From the NCBI GenBank assembly GCA_963700725.1, contig CAVOYS010000008.1:513047-577046 (forward strand): DNA of 64,000 nucleotides. The letters are read 5' to 3'. Made by a program: the position numbers and the translations under genes. The stretch is from an uncultured Chloroflexia bacterium (GTDB lineage Bacteria > Chloroflexota > Anaerolineae > Promineifilales > Promineifilaceae). Positions 46,148 to 56,333 of this stretch are shown piece by piece (within the stretch, counting starts at the first letter, position 1; each line of letters begins with the position of its first letter). Under the pieces are notes generated by a model. The model searched no databases, was not told where the DNA came from, and worked only from the letters and a program-made list of their open reading frames with translations.

Positions 46148-46447
46148 TCAGAATAAGCCCCAATCACCGCCTGCACCTTCTTCCATCATCGAGGGATCCC
46201 ACAGTTCAGTCCCTAGTTCGACGATAACATTTTCGCTTGAAACCTGGCCGGCAGTCGAACGGACTTGTTCAATCATTGCCGGACCATATGGGCAGAAAGG
46301 GGTGGTCAGAATCATGGTAATCTTTGTGCCGGTATCATCCAATTCCATCTCGCGGATAAGTCCCAATTCCACAACATTCAGGCCGATCTCCGGGTCGATG
46401 ACAGTACGCAACGCTTCTAATATTTCTTCTTCTTTGCTTACGACCAT
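46148..46447 (-). CDS. sufT: DUF59 / FeS_assembly_P family Fe-S assembly protein (SufT-like)
   Basis: EEILEALRTVIDPEIGLNVVELGLI ... TTPFCPYGP, the conserved DUF59 core with its Cys. Confidence 0.8.
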   Translation of the reverse strand: MVVSKEEEILEALRTVIDPEIGLNVVELGLIREMELDDTGTKITMILTTPFCPYGPAMIEQVRSTAGQVSSENVIVELGTELWDPSMMEEGAGGDWGLF

Positions 46448-46480
46448 GAATATTTCCTCATGATTATCTATCGATGTGAT

Positions 46481-47128
46481 TCAAGCAATGGCGCCGGGCA
46501 ATAGCAGGGTAAATTGACAGGAAGAATCACCATTAAGCATGCACGATTCCTGGCTGATCGGGGAATCAAGAACAGCTATCATAAGCTGCTTATCGAATCC
46601 GCAAACCTCGCTATGTTTTCGACCAACCGAATAATACGGGCAACTGTACTCGGTTATTTGATAGCCTTCTTCTGTAACTTCCCAGGTAGCCAAGAACCCT
46701 TCATCTGCCAAAAGCCCGACAAGGTAATTTAACTTTTCTTCGAAAGTTAATCCTTCAAAATGAACGCGATGCTCTTGAACAATTCGCTCCACGACACTAT
46801 TAAAAAGCTCAGCGACCACTTCTTTTGGAAATCGGTCCTTCAACTCGTCAAGCAACATGCTGCTTAGACGCAAATATCTTTGGGGAAATAATTCATGGCC
46901 TTTGTCGCTAAGGCGGTAGATGTAGTATGGACGGCCAACTTTCCGGCGAATACTGCGCGCCTTCAGCAGGCCTTCAGCCTGCAGAGAATTAAGGTGGTGC
47001 CGAACCGTGACAGGGGATACATCGGCCGCCAGGGCTAAATCATCCACAGTCGCCTCATTGGCCTGCTTGATGGCATCCAAGATGATCTCTCGGGTGCTTA
47101 TCCTGCTGTTGTCGGTTGCGATATTCAC
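46481..47128 (-). CDS. sufR: SufR-like winged-helix (ArsR/DeoR-type) regulator with C-terminal Cys cluster
   Basis: N-terminal HTH TVDDLALAADVSPVTVRHHLNSLQAEGLL. Four C-terminal Cys (C-x12-C-x19-C-x7-C). Divergent from sufC. GTG start. Confidence 0.7.
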   Translation of the reverse strand: MNIATDNSRISTREIILDAIKQANEATVDDLALAADVSPVTVRHHLNSLQAEGLLKARSIRRKVGRPYYIYRLSDKGHELFPQRYLRLSSMLLDELKDRFPKEVVAELFNSVVERIVQEHRVHFEGLTFEEKLNYLVGLLADEGFLATWEVTEEGYQITEYSCPYYSVGRKHSEVCGFDKQLMIAVLDSPISQESCMLNGDSSCQFTLLLPGAIA

Positions 47129-47155
47129 GATACAATCCTTATGATTTCCGTCGCA

Positions 47156-47184
47156 ATTATATCATGTGTAGTCGAGCCTGTCAA
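47156..47184 (-). promoter_or_regulatory. Consensus sigma-70 promoter for sufR
   Basis: The minus strand reads TTGACA-N17-TATAAT, a perfect consensus, about 28 nt upstream of the GTG start. Confidence 0.55.
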
Positions 47185-47216
47185 TTATCCTATTATTATC
47201 ATAAATATAATAAATA

Positions 47217-47245
47217 TTGACGTTGATCCAGCGCTATGTTATACT
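47217..47245 (+). promoter_or_regulatory. Sigma-70-type promoter for sufCBD
   Basis: TTGACG-N17-TATACT. It sits back-to-back with the sufR promoter (32 bp between the -35 boxes) and leaves a leader of about 120 nt. Confidence 0.55.
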
Positions 47246-47371
47246 TAGCCGTATTAAATCGCTGGCGTTTCCCCCTGAAAGGGAATAGATTCTACGATTG
47301 AAACGTTGGCTACCGATAGCCTTACTGAAGGATGGGACAAGAGGCTATCTGTAAAGGAGAAAATGAACTAG

Positions 47372-48158
47372 ATGACAACCGCACTTGAAATTAGAAACCT
47401 GCACGTAACTGTTGCTGATCAGGAGATTCTACAAGGAATCGACCTGCTGGTTAGACAAGGTGAGATCCATGCACTTATGGGACCAAACGGTTCGGGTAAG
47501 AGCACATTGGCATACGCGCTGGCCGGTCACCCGAGCTATGCGGTCACGGCCGGAGAGGTGATTTTCGACGGATTGGATTCTCATGGATATGGCAACGGAT
47601 GAGCGGTCGCGGGCCGGTCTGTTTTTGGCATTTCAGTATCCGGTTACCGTACCAGGTATTACCGTGGCTAATTTCCTTCGGCAATCCATTAATGCCCGCC
47701 TCCGGGCCGCCAATCCGGACGACAAGGGAATGCCTATCCCGGCATTTCGCCGATTGTTAATCGATAAAATGGATTCACTAGGGATGGACCATAAATTCGC
47801 CGGCCGATATCTGAATGATGGATTTTCAGGCGGGGAGAAAAAGCGGGCGGAAATTCTCCAAATGGCAACTCTGGAACCGAAGATCGCCATTTTGGATGAG
47901 ACTGATTCAGGCTTGGATATCGATGCCTTGCGGATAGTTTCAGAGGGCGCCAAAGAACTTCATGACTCCATCGGAATGGGCATGTTGGTAATTACCCATT
48001 ATCAACGGATTCTTAACTACATACAGCCGGATTACGTTCATGTCATGCTTGATGGGCGAATTGTTGAGAGTGGTGGTCCAGAGCTAGCCCTCCTATTGGA
48101 GGAAAGTGGCTACGATTGGCTTCGGGAGAAATACGGTTCAGCTGAGGAGGTTAATTGA
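47372..48158 (+). pseudogene. sufC: Fe-S assembly ATPase SufC, interrupted by a +1 frameshift (ORFs 47372-47602 and 47583-48158)
   Basis: The first ORF carries Walker [10 protein letters not shown] and ends ...[14 protein letters not shown]. The second frame continues [20 protein letters not shown] ... [13 protein letters not shown] ... [13 protein letters not shown]. Deleting one T of TT 47578-47579 gives the uninterrupted ...[14 protein letters not shown].... Confidence 0.85.
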
Positions 48159-49594
48159 TGGGAACGCTAGCCGAGCGAGAATTAAGCGAACGCGATATTG
48201 CCAAAGGTGTAAACGTTGAGTATGCGGAGAAATATGGTTTTTCCGACACTGAGGATTACATATTCAAAGCGGAGAGAGGGCTGAACGAAGCGTTAGTCCG
48301 CTATATATCCAAAAGCAAGGGTGAACCCGAATGGATGCTCGAGAATCGGCTAAAAGCCTATCATCATTTCCTCGAGCGACCCATGCCAAATTGGGGAGCG
48401 GATCTCTCGGACATTGACTTCAATAATATTTTTTACTATATCAAACCTTCGGACCGGCAGGGTGATGACTGGGAAGACATCCCGCCATATATCAAGGATA
48501 CGTTCAATAAATTAGGTATTCCTGAAGCCGAACAGAAGTTTTTATCGGGTGTCGCAGCACAATATGAATCAGAGGTGGTTTACCACAAGATAAAGGAAGT
48601 ATTGGTCCAACAGGGGGTTATCTTCCTGGGAATGGATGATGGCCTAGCCCAGTATCCTGAGATTGTAAAAGAATACTTTGGAACAATTATTCCTCACAAT
48701 GACAACAAATTCGCCGCGTTGAATACGGCGGTCTGGTCTGGTGGTAGTTTTATATATGTGCCTCCAGGTGTTCATGTTGAAATGCCCTTACAGGCGTACT
48801 TCCGAATCAATGCCAAAAATGTAGGCCAGTTTGAGCGTACGATGATAGTTATTGATGAAGGTGCCTATTGCCACTACGTCGAAGGTTGTACCGCCCCTGT
48901 CTATTCTTCTGATTCCTTGCATTCGGCCGTTGTCGAGATTGTTGTAAAGAAGGGCGGACGGTGCCGTTATACGACAATCCAGAATTGGTCTAACAATGTC
49001 TACAATCTGGTAACCAAAAGGGCGATGGCTTATCAGGATGCCACCATGGAGTGGGTGGATGGAAATCTCGGCTCGAAGGTGACGATGAAATATCCAGCTG
49101 TTTACCTGATGGAGCCAGGTGCTCATGGAGAAATCCTGTCAATTGCTTTTGCGGGAGCCGGACAGCATCAAGATGCGGGAGGCAAAGTCGTTCATATGGC
49201 ACCAAATACCACAAGCCGCATTATCTCTAAATCGCTGAGCAAATCCGGGGGACGGGCTTCCTACCGAGGTCTACTAAAAGTCCATGAAGGAGCCTCAGGA
49301 TCTCGTTCAAATGTGGTTTGTGACGCCTTGTTGCTTGATGATAAAAGTCGTTCAGATACTTACCCTTACATAGAAATCGATGAACAGGATGTCACGATTG
49401 GCCATGAGGCTTCTGTGAGTAAAATCGGCGAGGAACAGCTATTCTACATGATGAGTCGAGGACTGACCGAAGAGATGGCCAGCACGATGATCGTGAATGG
49501 TTTCATAGAGCCGCTCGTCAAAGAGTTGCCTATGGAATATGCCGTTGAAATGAATCGCCTTATTCAACTCCAGATGGAAGGGTCGATCGGTTAG
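48158..49594 (+). CDS. sufB: Fe-S cluster assembly scaffold SufB
   Basis: Full-length SufB-type sequence, including [23 protein letters not shown] and ...[16 protein letters not shown]. The ATG overlaps the sufC stop (TGATG). Confidence 0.95.
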   Translation: MGTLAERELSERDIAKGVNVEYAEKYGFSDTEDYIFKAERGLNEALVRYISKSKGEPEWMLENRLKAYHHFLERPMPNWGADLSDIDFNNIFYYIKPSDRQGDDWEDIPPYIKDTFNKLGIPEAEQKFLSGVAAQYESEVVYHKIKEVLVQQGVIFLGMDDGLAQYPEIVKEYFGTIIPHNDNKFAALNTAVWSGGSFIYVPPGVHVEMPLQAYFRINAKNVGQFERTMIVIDEGAYCHYVEGCTAPVYSSDSLHSAVVEIVVKKGGRCRYTTIQNWSNNVYNLVTKRAMAYQDATMEWVDGNLGSKVTMKYPAVYLMEPGAHGEILSIAFAGAGQHQDAGGKVVHMAPNTTSRIISKSLSKSGGRASYRGLLKVHEGASGSRSNVVCDALLLDDKSRSDTYPYIEIDEQDVTIGHEASVSKIGEEQLFYMMSRGLTEEMASTMIVNGFIEPLVKELPMEYAVEMNRLIQLQMEGSIG

Positions 49595-49633
49595 ATTTGA
49601 TGAATCTGCTACTTATACCATGTCAAAGTTCTG

Positions 49634-51013
49634 TTGACCGAGCTTATGATGGTTAGAAAGCAGCGTTTAATTGACGATAATTGGAGACCGGTTAGCGGCG
49701 GTCTCTTTGATGAGGGACAGATGACTACCTATTCTCGCGAAGCTGTAGAAGAATTATCAGATAAATATGATGAACCTGCCTGGATGCGTGAGTTTCGTCT
49801 GCGCGCCTGGGAGGCTTACCAGGCGATGCCATCGCCTACGACTAAAGACGAAGCCTGGCGGCGGACAGATTTACGCAGGCTAAAACTTGACGAGATTGGA
49901 CCGTCGCTGAACGGTAACAGTTCCGGCGTTGTTGTTCCTGCCTATCTGGGTGAGCAACTCACCGAGGATAAAACCGGGGGAATTTTACTTCAAGTTGACG
50001 GCATAACTACCCGGTATGAACTGGGAGATGCATTATCGAGTCAGGGTGTGATTTTCTGTGACATGGAGACGGCCATTCGTGATCATGGGGATCTTGTTCG
50101 CCAATATTTTATGACACAAGCCGTGCCAATCGAAGAAGGGAAATTTGCGGCTCTGCACGGTGCTTTCTGGCGTGGCGGCTCTTTCTTGTACGTGCCCAAA
50201 GGAGTCAAGGCGGCCGCACCCTTACATAGCGCCTTGTGGTCGGTCGGTGGCAAAACGTATACACATACACTGATAGTCTTGGAGCAGGGCGCAGAGGCGT
50301 TGTTGATTGACGAGTACGCCTCTGAAACAACCCAAAAACCAGCTTTACATAATGGTGTCGTGGAATTGATTGTCGGTGATGAGGCCAGCCTTACTTATGT
50401 CTCTCTTCAAGATTTTGGCACGAACTTATGGCAGATTAATCATGAAAGAGCAAGAGTTGGGCGCGACGCCAAATTGGATTGGGTTATCAGTGTCATGGGC
50501 AGCCGGCTGACGAAAGCCTTTCAGACCGTGGAGCTTGATGGTCGAGGTTCGTGGGCGCGCATGTCCGGATTGTTTCTAGGAAACAAAAGGCAGCATTTCG
50601 ATTTGGACACACAGCAAAATCACAATGCACCTGACAGTGTTAGCGACCTGTTATATAAAGGCGCACTAAAGGACGATGCGCGTTCGGTATGGCAAGGCAT
50701 GATTAAGGCGCTGCCTAACGCACAACGAATCGATGGATTCCAGGCGAATCGGAATCTGTTACTGGCCAAAACAGCCCGAGCCGATTCCATTCCCGGACTC
50801 GAGATTGAAGCCGATGATGTTCGCTGTACCCATGCTTCTACCATAGGCCAACTTGACCCACTGGAAGTTTTCTATTTGATGAGCCGGGGCATACCAAAAG
50901 AGACGGCCGTACAAATGGTCGTGGAAGGATTCTTCACACCGGTAATGGAGCGAATCCCTGTGGAGGGTGTGAAAGAAAGAATCGCTTCTCGAATATTGGA
51001 AAAGGTCAGCTGA
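49634..51013 (+). CDS. sufD: Fe-S cluster assembly protein SufD
   Basis: SufB/D beta-helix domain with C-terminal ...ASTIGQLDPLEVFYLMSRGIPKETA. The start (TTG 49634 or ATG 49646) is uncertain. Confidence 0.9.
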   Translation: MTELMMVRKQRLIDDNWRPVSGGLFDEGQMTTYSREAVEELSDKYDEPAWMREFRLRAWEAYQAMPSPTTKDEAWRRTDLRRLKLDEIGPSLNGNSSGVVVPAYLGEQLTEDKTGGILLQVDGITTRYELGDALSSQGVIFCDMETAIRDHGDLVRQYFMTQAVPIEEGKFAALHGAFWRGGSFLYVPKGVKAAAPLHSALWSVGGKTYTHTLIVLEQGAEALLIDEYASETTQKPALHNGVVELIVGDEASLTYVSLQDFGTNLWQINHERARVGRDAKLDWVISVMGSRLTKAFQTVELDGRGSWARMSGLFLGNKRQHFDLDTQQNHNAPDSVSDLLYKGALKDDARSVWQGMIKALPNAQRIDGFQANRNLLLAKTARADSIPGLEIEADDVRCTHASTIGQLDPLEVFYLMSRGIPKETAVQMVVEGFFTPVMERIPVEGVKERIASRILEKVS

Positions 51014-51054
51014 ACGGGATAGGCATTCTGAATAGATGGTCTAATTCTCAAAGG

Positions 51055-51080
51055 GCACGGTTGACCGTGCTTTTTGCTTT
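51055..51080 (+). terminator. Putative intrinsic terminator/attenuator between sufD and sufS
   Basis: GCACGG-ttga-CCGTGC followed by TTTTTGCTTTT, 40 nt after the sufD stop. The stem is short (6 bp). Confidence 0.5.
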
Positions 51081-51159
51081 TAGCATCCGTTCTGGGCCGA
51101 AATTTTGACCAGGAACCTGTTGTCGAGATGATCTAAATAGTGTTAAATTGTGATGGTTT

Positions 51160-52395
51160 ATGATGTTAGATCCTAATTCAATCATTGCTGATTTTCCCAT
51201 ATTAAAGACGGATGCCTATCTAGACGTCCCTTTGGTATACCTGGATAGTGCTGCGACGTCCCAAAAGCCTGTCGCGGTAATCAAGGCGATGGATGATTAT
51301 TATCGCACTTATAACGCCAATGTTCATCGGGGCATTCATCGCCTAAGTGAGGACGCTACGGCTGGTTATGAAGGCGCTCGGGAGGTAATTGGACGATTTG
51401 TTAACGCGCCAGACCCGGCCACGATAATTTTTGTACGAAACACAACCGAAGCCATCAATCTGGTAGCCCAATCATGGGGGCGAACTAATCTCAAGCCTGG
51501 GGATGAAATACTCCTGACAGAGATGGAGCATCATTCGAATATTGTTCCCTGGCAACTTCTCGCTCAAGAGAAAGGATCGGTGATTCGCTATATTCCCTTC
51601 GATGAAAGAGGGTTACTTGATTTAAGAAATTTATCGAGCTTATTGACTGAACGCACCAAGATCGTAGCTTTCTCAGCCATGTCAAACGTCTTCGGAACGA
51701 TTAATCCGACAAAAGAATTAGTGGCCGCCGCTCACGCGATGGGAGCGATCGCCCTGGTCGATGCAGCACAGAGTGTTCCCCACCTCGCTGTGGACGTACA
51801 GGATCTTGATTGTGATTTTCTGGCGTTTTCTGGTCACAAAATGTGTGGGCCGACAGGTATCGGTATTCTCTATGGCAAGCGAGCTTTATTGGAAGAGATG
51901 CCGCCTTTTCTGGGTGGCGGTGACATGATCTTGCGAGTTAGCCTTGAAGGATCATCCTGGAATGAACTGCCCTGGAAGTTCGAGGCTGGTACCCCGAGTA
52001 TTGCTGAGGCGATTGGGCTTGGGGCGGCGGTGAACTATTTAGACGATGTAGGTATGGATAACATTCACGCTCACGAACAATTTATCACCGACTATGCCTT
52101 AGAAGCATTAAGTGAAATTAATGGATTAAAGGTTTTAGGTCCTCCCGTTTCCCAAAGAGGTGGCGTTGCCGCGTTTACCTTGGAGGGGATCCACCCCCAT
52201 GATATTTCACAGGTTCTTGATCAGGATGGTATCGCTATCCGAGCTGGTCATCATTGTGCTATGCCCCTGCATACTAAACTCAATCTACCGGCAAGTGCCA
52301 GGGCAAGTTTTTACCTCTATACTCGTCCGGATGATATTGATCAACTTGTCGCTAGTTTACATCGAGTGCGGAAAGTTTTTCGCCTGGGAACATGA
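51160..52395 (+). CDS. sufS: Cysteine desulfurase SufS (class II aminotransferase V)
   Basis: PLP-Lys block FSGHKMCGPTGIGILYG and active-site RAGHHCAMPL. Confidence 0.95.
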   Translation: MMLDPNSIIADFPILKTDAYLDVPLVYLDSAATSQKPVAVIKAMDDYYRTYNANVHRGIHRLSEDATAGYEGAREVIGRFVNAPDPATIIFVRNTTEAINLVAQSWGRTNLKPGDEILLTEMEHHSNIVPWQLLAQEKGSVIRYIPFDERGLLDLRNLSSLLTERTKIVAFSAMSNVFGTINPTKELVAAAHAMGAIALVDAAQSVPHLAVDVQDLDCDFLAFSGHKMCGPTGIGILYGKRALLEEMPPFLGGGDMILRVSLEGSSWNELPWKFEAGTPSIAEAIGLGAAVNYLDDVGMDNIHAHEQFITDYALEALSEINGLKVLGPPVSQRGGVAAFTLEGIHPHDISQVLDQDGIAIRAGHHCAMPLHTKLNLPASARASFYLYTRPDDIDQLVASLHRVRKVFRLGT

Positions 52396-52464
52396 CAATG
52401 GAGAAATTTCATAGTACATTTGTTGCTTGGTAGAATTTTTTTAATAATGAATTTGTAACGTAGG

Positions 52465-52884
52465 ATGGAACTGCTTGTGGAAGAAAGTATATACCGCGAA
52501 CAGATAATTGACTTGTATGAAAATCCACTGAATTTCGGGCGGGCTGAGCCAGCGGATTTTATCTATGAAGAAGATAATCCGCTTTGTGGAGATGTGATCG
52601 AAATATCGGTCCGATTAGACGCCCAGAATCGCATTGAAGAGGTGATGTGGCAAGGTCATGGCTGCGCCATTAGCCAGGCTTCTGCGTCATTGCTAACCGA
52701 AGAAATTCGGGGTATGAGCCTGGAGGAAGTGAAAGCTTTTTCCAAGGAACAGTTATTAGAGCTACTCGGCATCCAATTGAGCATGACTCGAGTAAAATGT
52801 GCCTTACTTTCTCTCAAGGTTTTAAAGGCAGGCGCATATGGTATGCCGGCGCCAGAAGAATTGCGCCGGGATAGTGATGGGTAA
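52465..52884 (+). CDS. sufU: SUF-type NifU/IscU-like sulfur-transfer protein SufU
   Basis: NPLCGDVIEISV ... GHGCAISQASASLL ... RVKCALLSLKVL (three conserved Cys). Confidence 0.9.
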   Translation: MELLVEESIYREQIIDLYENPLNFGRAEPADFIYEEDNPLCGDVIEISVRLDAQNRIEEVMWQGHGCAISQASASLLTEEIRGMSLEEVKAFSKEQLLELLGIQLSMTRVKCALLSLKVLKAGAYGMPAPEELRRDSDG

Positions 52885-53197
52885 ACTTGTTCCAGTGGCA
52901 ACGTTGGATGAAGTGCCACCAGGCGCCAGAAAATTGATTGATCTCGACGAAGTCTCAGTGGTGCTCATCAATATTGGGGGGCAATTCTACTGCATCGAAG
53001 ATGTCTGCACTCACGATGGCGGACCTGTGGGTGAAGGTGATATTGAGGACTGCGCTATTGAATGTCCTCGGCATGGCGCCCGATTCGACCTTCGTGACGG
53101 GAGCGTTTTGTCAATGCCGGCAGTCGTTCCAATACCCACATACCAGGTTAAGGTTGAGGGCAACCTGGTCTTCATCGAATCTCCCGATGATTGGTAG
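52877..53197 (+). CDS. Rieske [2Fe-2S] ferredoxin-like protein
   Basis: CTHDGGPV ... CPRHGARFDLRDG (CxH...CxxH). ATG 52877 overlaps the sufU stop by 8 nt (ATGGGTAA). The track's upstream extension lies inside sufU. Confidence 0.85.
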   Translation: MGKLVPVATLDEVPPGARKLIDLDEVSVVLINIGGQFYCIEDVCTHDGGPVGEGDIEDCAIECPRHGARFDLRDGSVLSMPAVVPIPTYQVKVEGNLVFIESPDDW

Positions 53198-53257
53198 GAG
53201 AGGAAATCAATCTTGTCTTAGCTTTATACCTAGTTGGGAATAACGAGCCGTTTTTGT

Positions 53258-53286
53258 TTGACAGCCCCCTTCAAATCGCCTATAGT
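53258..53286 (+). promoter_or_regulatory. Sigma-70-type promoter upstream of gyrA
   Basis: TTGACA-N17-TATAGT, about 94 nt before the gyrA ATG. Confidence 0.5.
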
Positions 53287-53379
53287 TGACACCGGTTTAT
53301 AGAAAACCCGTTCTAATAAAATATTCGACAAGTTATGTGCCCTGGCTAATCGAAATCATCTAGAAAAGCGAAAAGACGA

Positions 53380-55857
53380 ATGACGACTGCTGAGGTAGGA
53401 CTGGTTAAACAAATCAATATCGAAACTGAGATGCGCGACTCATACCTGAGTTATGCTATGAGCGTCATCGTGTCGCGAGCACTTCCCGATGCCCGTGATG
53501 GCCTAAAGCCGGTTCAGCGCAGGATTTTATATGCTATGTACGACATGCGCATGGGGCCAAATAGCAGCCATAAGAAATCAGCCCGGGTCGTTGGCGAGGT
53601 GCTGGGAAAGTATCATCCTCACGGCGACCAGTCGGTATATGACGCCATGGTTCGGATGGCCCAGGATTTTTCCATGCGCTACCCGCTGGTGGATGGCCAA
53701 GGGAACTTTGGTTCCATCGACGGAGATGCAGCCGCAGCTATGCGTTATACAGAAGCACGAATGACGCCTATGGGCTACGATCTGCTTCAAGATATTGAGT
53801 TGGATACCATCGACTATATCGGAAATTTTGACGAAACACTGAAAGAGCCGGCCGTCCTACCCTCTGCAATGCCCAATCTGTTATTGAATGGATCCTCAGG
53901 TATTGCCGTTGGCATGTCCACGAGCGTACCGCCACACAATCTAGGGGAAATCGTTGATGCACTGGCTTTTATGCTGGATCGCTGGGAGAAACTTGAAGAG
54001 ATATCGATAGCCGATCTAATGGGTTTTATCAGGGGACCCGATTTTCCAACAGGCGCCCTGATCTATCGTTACCGGGGCAAACCAGATGAGAGCCCGCTGG
54101 ATGCGATTGCCAATGCGTACGCGACCGGCCGGGGACGCGTGGTTGTCCGCGCCAAAGCCCACATTGAGCATATGGAACGGAATAAGTCGCGTATTGTCGT
54201 CACTGAGCTGCCCTATCAGACAAATAAAACCAACTTGTTATCTCGAATCGCCGACTTGCATCGTGATGGAAAGATCGAAGGATTAACGGATCTACGAGAT
54301 GAGTCGGATCGTAACGGAATGCGCATTATCCTGGAAACGACGCGCAATGTTGAACCGGAAAAGGTTCTGCTTGATCTTTTCCGTCTGACACCCATGCAAT
54401 CGACATTCAGCATCATCATGGTGGCCCTGGTCAATGGCGAACCTAGGGTAATTACCTTGAAACAAGCGCTCAAGATCTACCTTGAGCACCGCCTGGAAGT
54501 GATTCAGCGGCGCAGTGAGCATGAATTGGCCAAGGCGAGAGAACGGGCTCATATTCTGGAAGGTCTTTTGAAGGCGCTGGACCAGTTGGATGCGGTAATA
54601 CGGACCATCAGACGTTCCAGGACGGTGGAGAGCGCCAAAAGCAATCTTCAGAAGGAGTTTAAGCTTTCCGAAGTGCAATCCCAGGCGGTCTTAGATATGC
54701 CGTTACGGCGACTGGCCAACCTGGAACGACGCAAGTTGCAGGACGAATATAAAGACAAGATAGGGTTGATAAAGAACCTGGAACGCCTCTTAGCCCGGCC
54801 GGACCTTCAGCGTTTGGCTGTAAAGGAAGAGCTTCTCCGGATGAAAGATCTTTATGGTGATGTACGCCGGACGCAGATCCTAGATGAGAGCGGTGAACGA
54901 GCAGAAGTAACGGCCGCCGACCTTCTGCCAGATCAATTGTGCTGGGTGCTGGCAGGGGAGGAAGGGACCCTGGCCCGTACTCCGACCCCGGAGATGGCCG
55001 CGGTGCCGGCAAAGCCCGCTGAACTACCGGCCATTTTTCTCCAGGCTAATACCCAAGATATTCTTTATCTTTTTTCGGCCGATGGCCAGGCAGTGAGTTT
55101 GCCAGTATACCAGTTACCGCAGGCCAGAACCTTTGGGGAAGGAACCCATTGGGCCAGCCTGACCGGTTTAACAAAAAGAAACCATGTGCCAGCGGCCGTT
55201 ATTCGACCGGCTGATTTCTCTGGATATCTTGTTCTGGCAACCCTTGGCGGCGTAATCAAACGAATACGCCTGGAAGATCTTCCAGGCATAACGAGCAATC
55301 CTTTTGTGGTTATGAACGTGCCGGACGATGACGCCCTGGGCTGGGCTCGATTAACGAGCGGCGAAAATGAAGTTATTTTGTCGACGGCATCTGGCCAGAC
55401 AATTCGCTTCGCCGAAGAAGAAGTCCGGCCGATGGGCCTGCCAGCTGGTGGGGTTATGGGTATAAAGATGGAAAACGACACCGATGGCCTTGTGGGTTTG
55501 GATATTTACGACAAGGAAAGCTATCTATGGAGTATTACGGATAATGGACTGGCCAAAACGACGCCTCTTAGTGCATATCCACGCCAAGGGCGCTATGGAC
55601 AGGGCGTCATCAATCTCCGCCTACCTAAAGAGGCAACGGAGGTCGTTTCCGTGATGGTTGGCCATCCAAAATCTGATTTGATTATAAAGACGGTCGCAGG
55701 TACGGCAAGACAAATAAAATTAGGCTCGGCCGTAACCGGCAATCGACCCATTAAACCGCGACCCATCATCCGTTTAGGGGAAAACAACCGGGTTACCGGT
55801 GTCGTCGCCTTACGGATGCGACCCGATATGTCAGGCGAGACGAATACTATTGACTAA
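53380..55857 (+). CDS. gyrA: DNA gyrase subunit A
   Basis: [29 protein letters not shown] ... [37 protein letters not shown]. 825 aa with a C-terminal beta-pinwheel region. Confidence 0.97.
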   Translation: MTTAEVGLVKQINIETEMRDSYLSYAMSVIVSRALPDARDGLKPVQRRILYAMYDMRMGPNSSHKKSARVVGEVLGKYHPHGDQSVYDAMVRMAQDFSMRYPLVDGQGNFGSIDGDAAAAMRYTEARMTPMGYDLLQDIELDTIDYIGNFDETLKEPAVLPSAMPNLLLNGSSGIAVGMSTSVPPHNLGEIVDALAFMLDRWEKLEEISIADLMGFIRGPDFPTGALIYRYRGKPDESPLDAIANAYATGRGRVVVRAKAHIEHMERNKSRIVVTELPYQTNKTNLLSRIADLHRDGKIEGLTDLRDESDRNGMRIILETTRNVEPEKVLLDLFRLTPMQSTFSIIMVALVNGEPRVITLKQALKIYLEHRLEVIQRRSEHELAKARERAHILEGLLKALDQLDAVIRTIRRSRTVESAKSNLQKEFKLSEVQSQAVLDMPLRRLANLERRKLQDEYKDKIGLIKNLERLLARPDLQRLAVKEELLRMKDLYGDVRRTQILDESGERAEVTAADLLPDQLCWVLAGEEGTLARTPTPEMAAVPAKPAELPAIFLQANTQDILYLFSADGQAVSLPVYQLPQARTFGEGTHWASLTGLTKRNHVPAAVIRPADFSGYLVLATLGGVIKRIRLEDLPGITSNPFVVMNVPDDDALGWARLTSGENEVILSTASGQTIRFAEEEVRPMGLPAGGVMGIKMENDTDGLVGLDIYDKESYLWSITDNGLAKTTPLSAYPRQGRYGQGVINLRLPKEATEVVSVMVGHPKSDLIIKTVAGTARQIKLGSAVTGNRPIKPRPIIRLGENNRVTGVVALRMRPDMSGETNTID

Positions 55858-55880
55858 GAAGCGGTAAGGAGAACAAAGAT

Positions 55881-56333
55881 ATGAATTTTAGTGATACATG
55901 GGCCGAAGACGAACAGGGGAACAAGTTCGTTTTTACAGTCGCCATGAAACGAAGATTGCACAAGGCCGGATTACCACTTGAACCTGAGTACCTTAAAGAA
56001 TTAGGTGAAGAGCCTGTCGCGACCGTACAAGCCAGTAAACCCGAAGATAAACCAAAACCTCAGGTGGTAAATGAGCCCAAGAGTATTCAGATTGAGCCAC
56101 TGAGCGGCAAGTATCTGGGTACATTGAAGTGGTATAACCCTTCCCGCGGTTATGGATTCATATCACGCGGTGGTGGTGAGGATATCTTCTTTCACAAAAC
56201 CAGTTCCATTGGCGATCCGCTTGAGCTGGCAGAGGGCCAATGGGTACTCTACGATGTCGAAGAGCGCAACAAGGGACCTGAAGCTACAGAAGTAGAGCCG
56301 TATTCGGGAGATTTACTGCCGGAATCGGAATAA
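55881..56333 (+). CDS. Cold-shock-domain protein with about 80-aa N-terminal extension
   Basis: C-terminal CSD GTLKWYNPSRGYGFISRGGGEDIFFHKTSS (RNP1-like GYGFI, RNP2-like IFFH). AAGGAG lies 8 nt upstream. The gene starts 23 nt after gyrA. Confidence 0.8.
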   Translation: MNFSDTWAEDEQGNKFVFTVAMKRRLHKAGLPLEPEYLKELGEEPVATVQASKPEDKPKPQVVNEPKSIQIEPLSGKYLGTLKWYNPSRGYGFISRGGGEDIFFHKTSSIGDPLELAEGQWVLYDVEERNKGPEATEVEPYSGDLLPESE

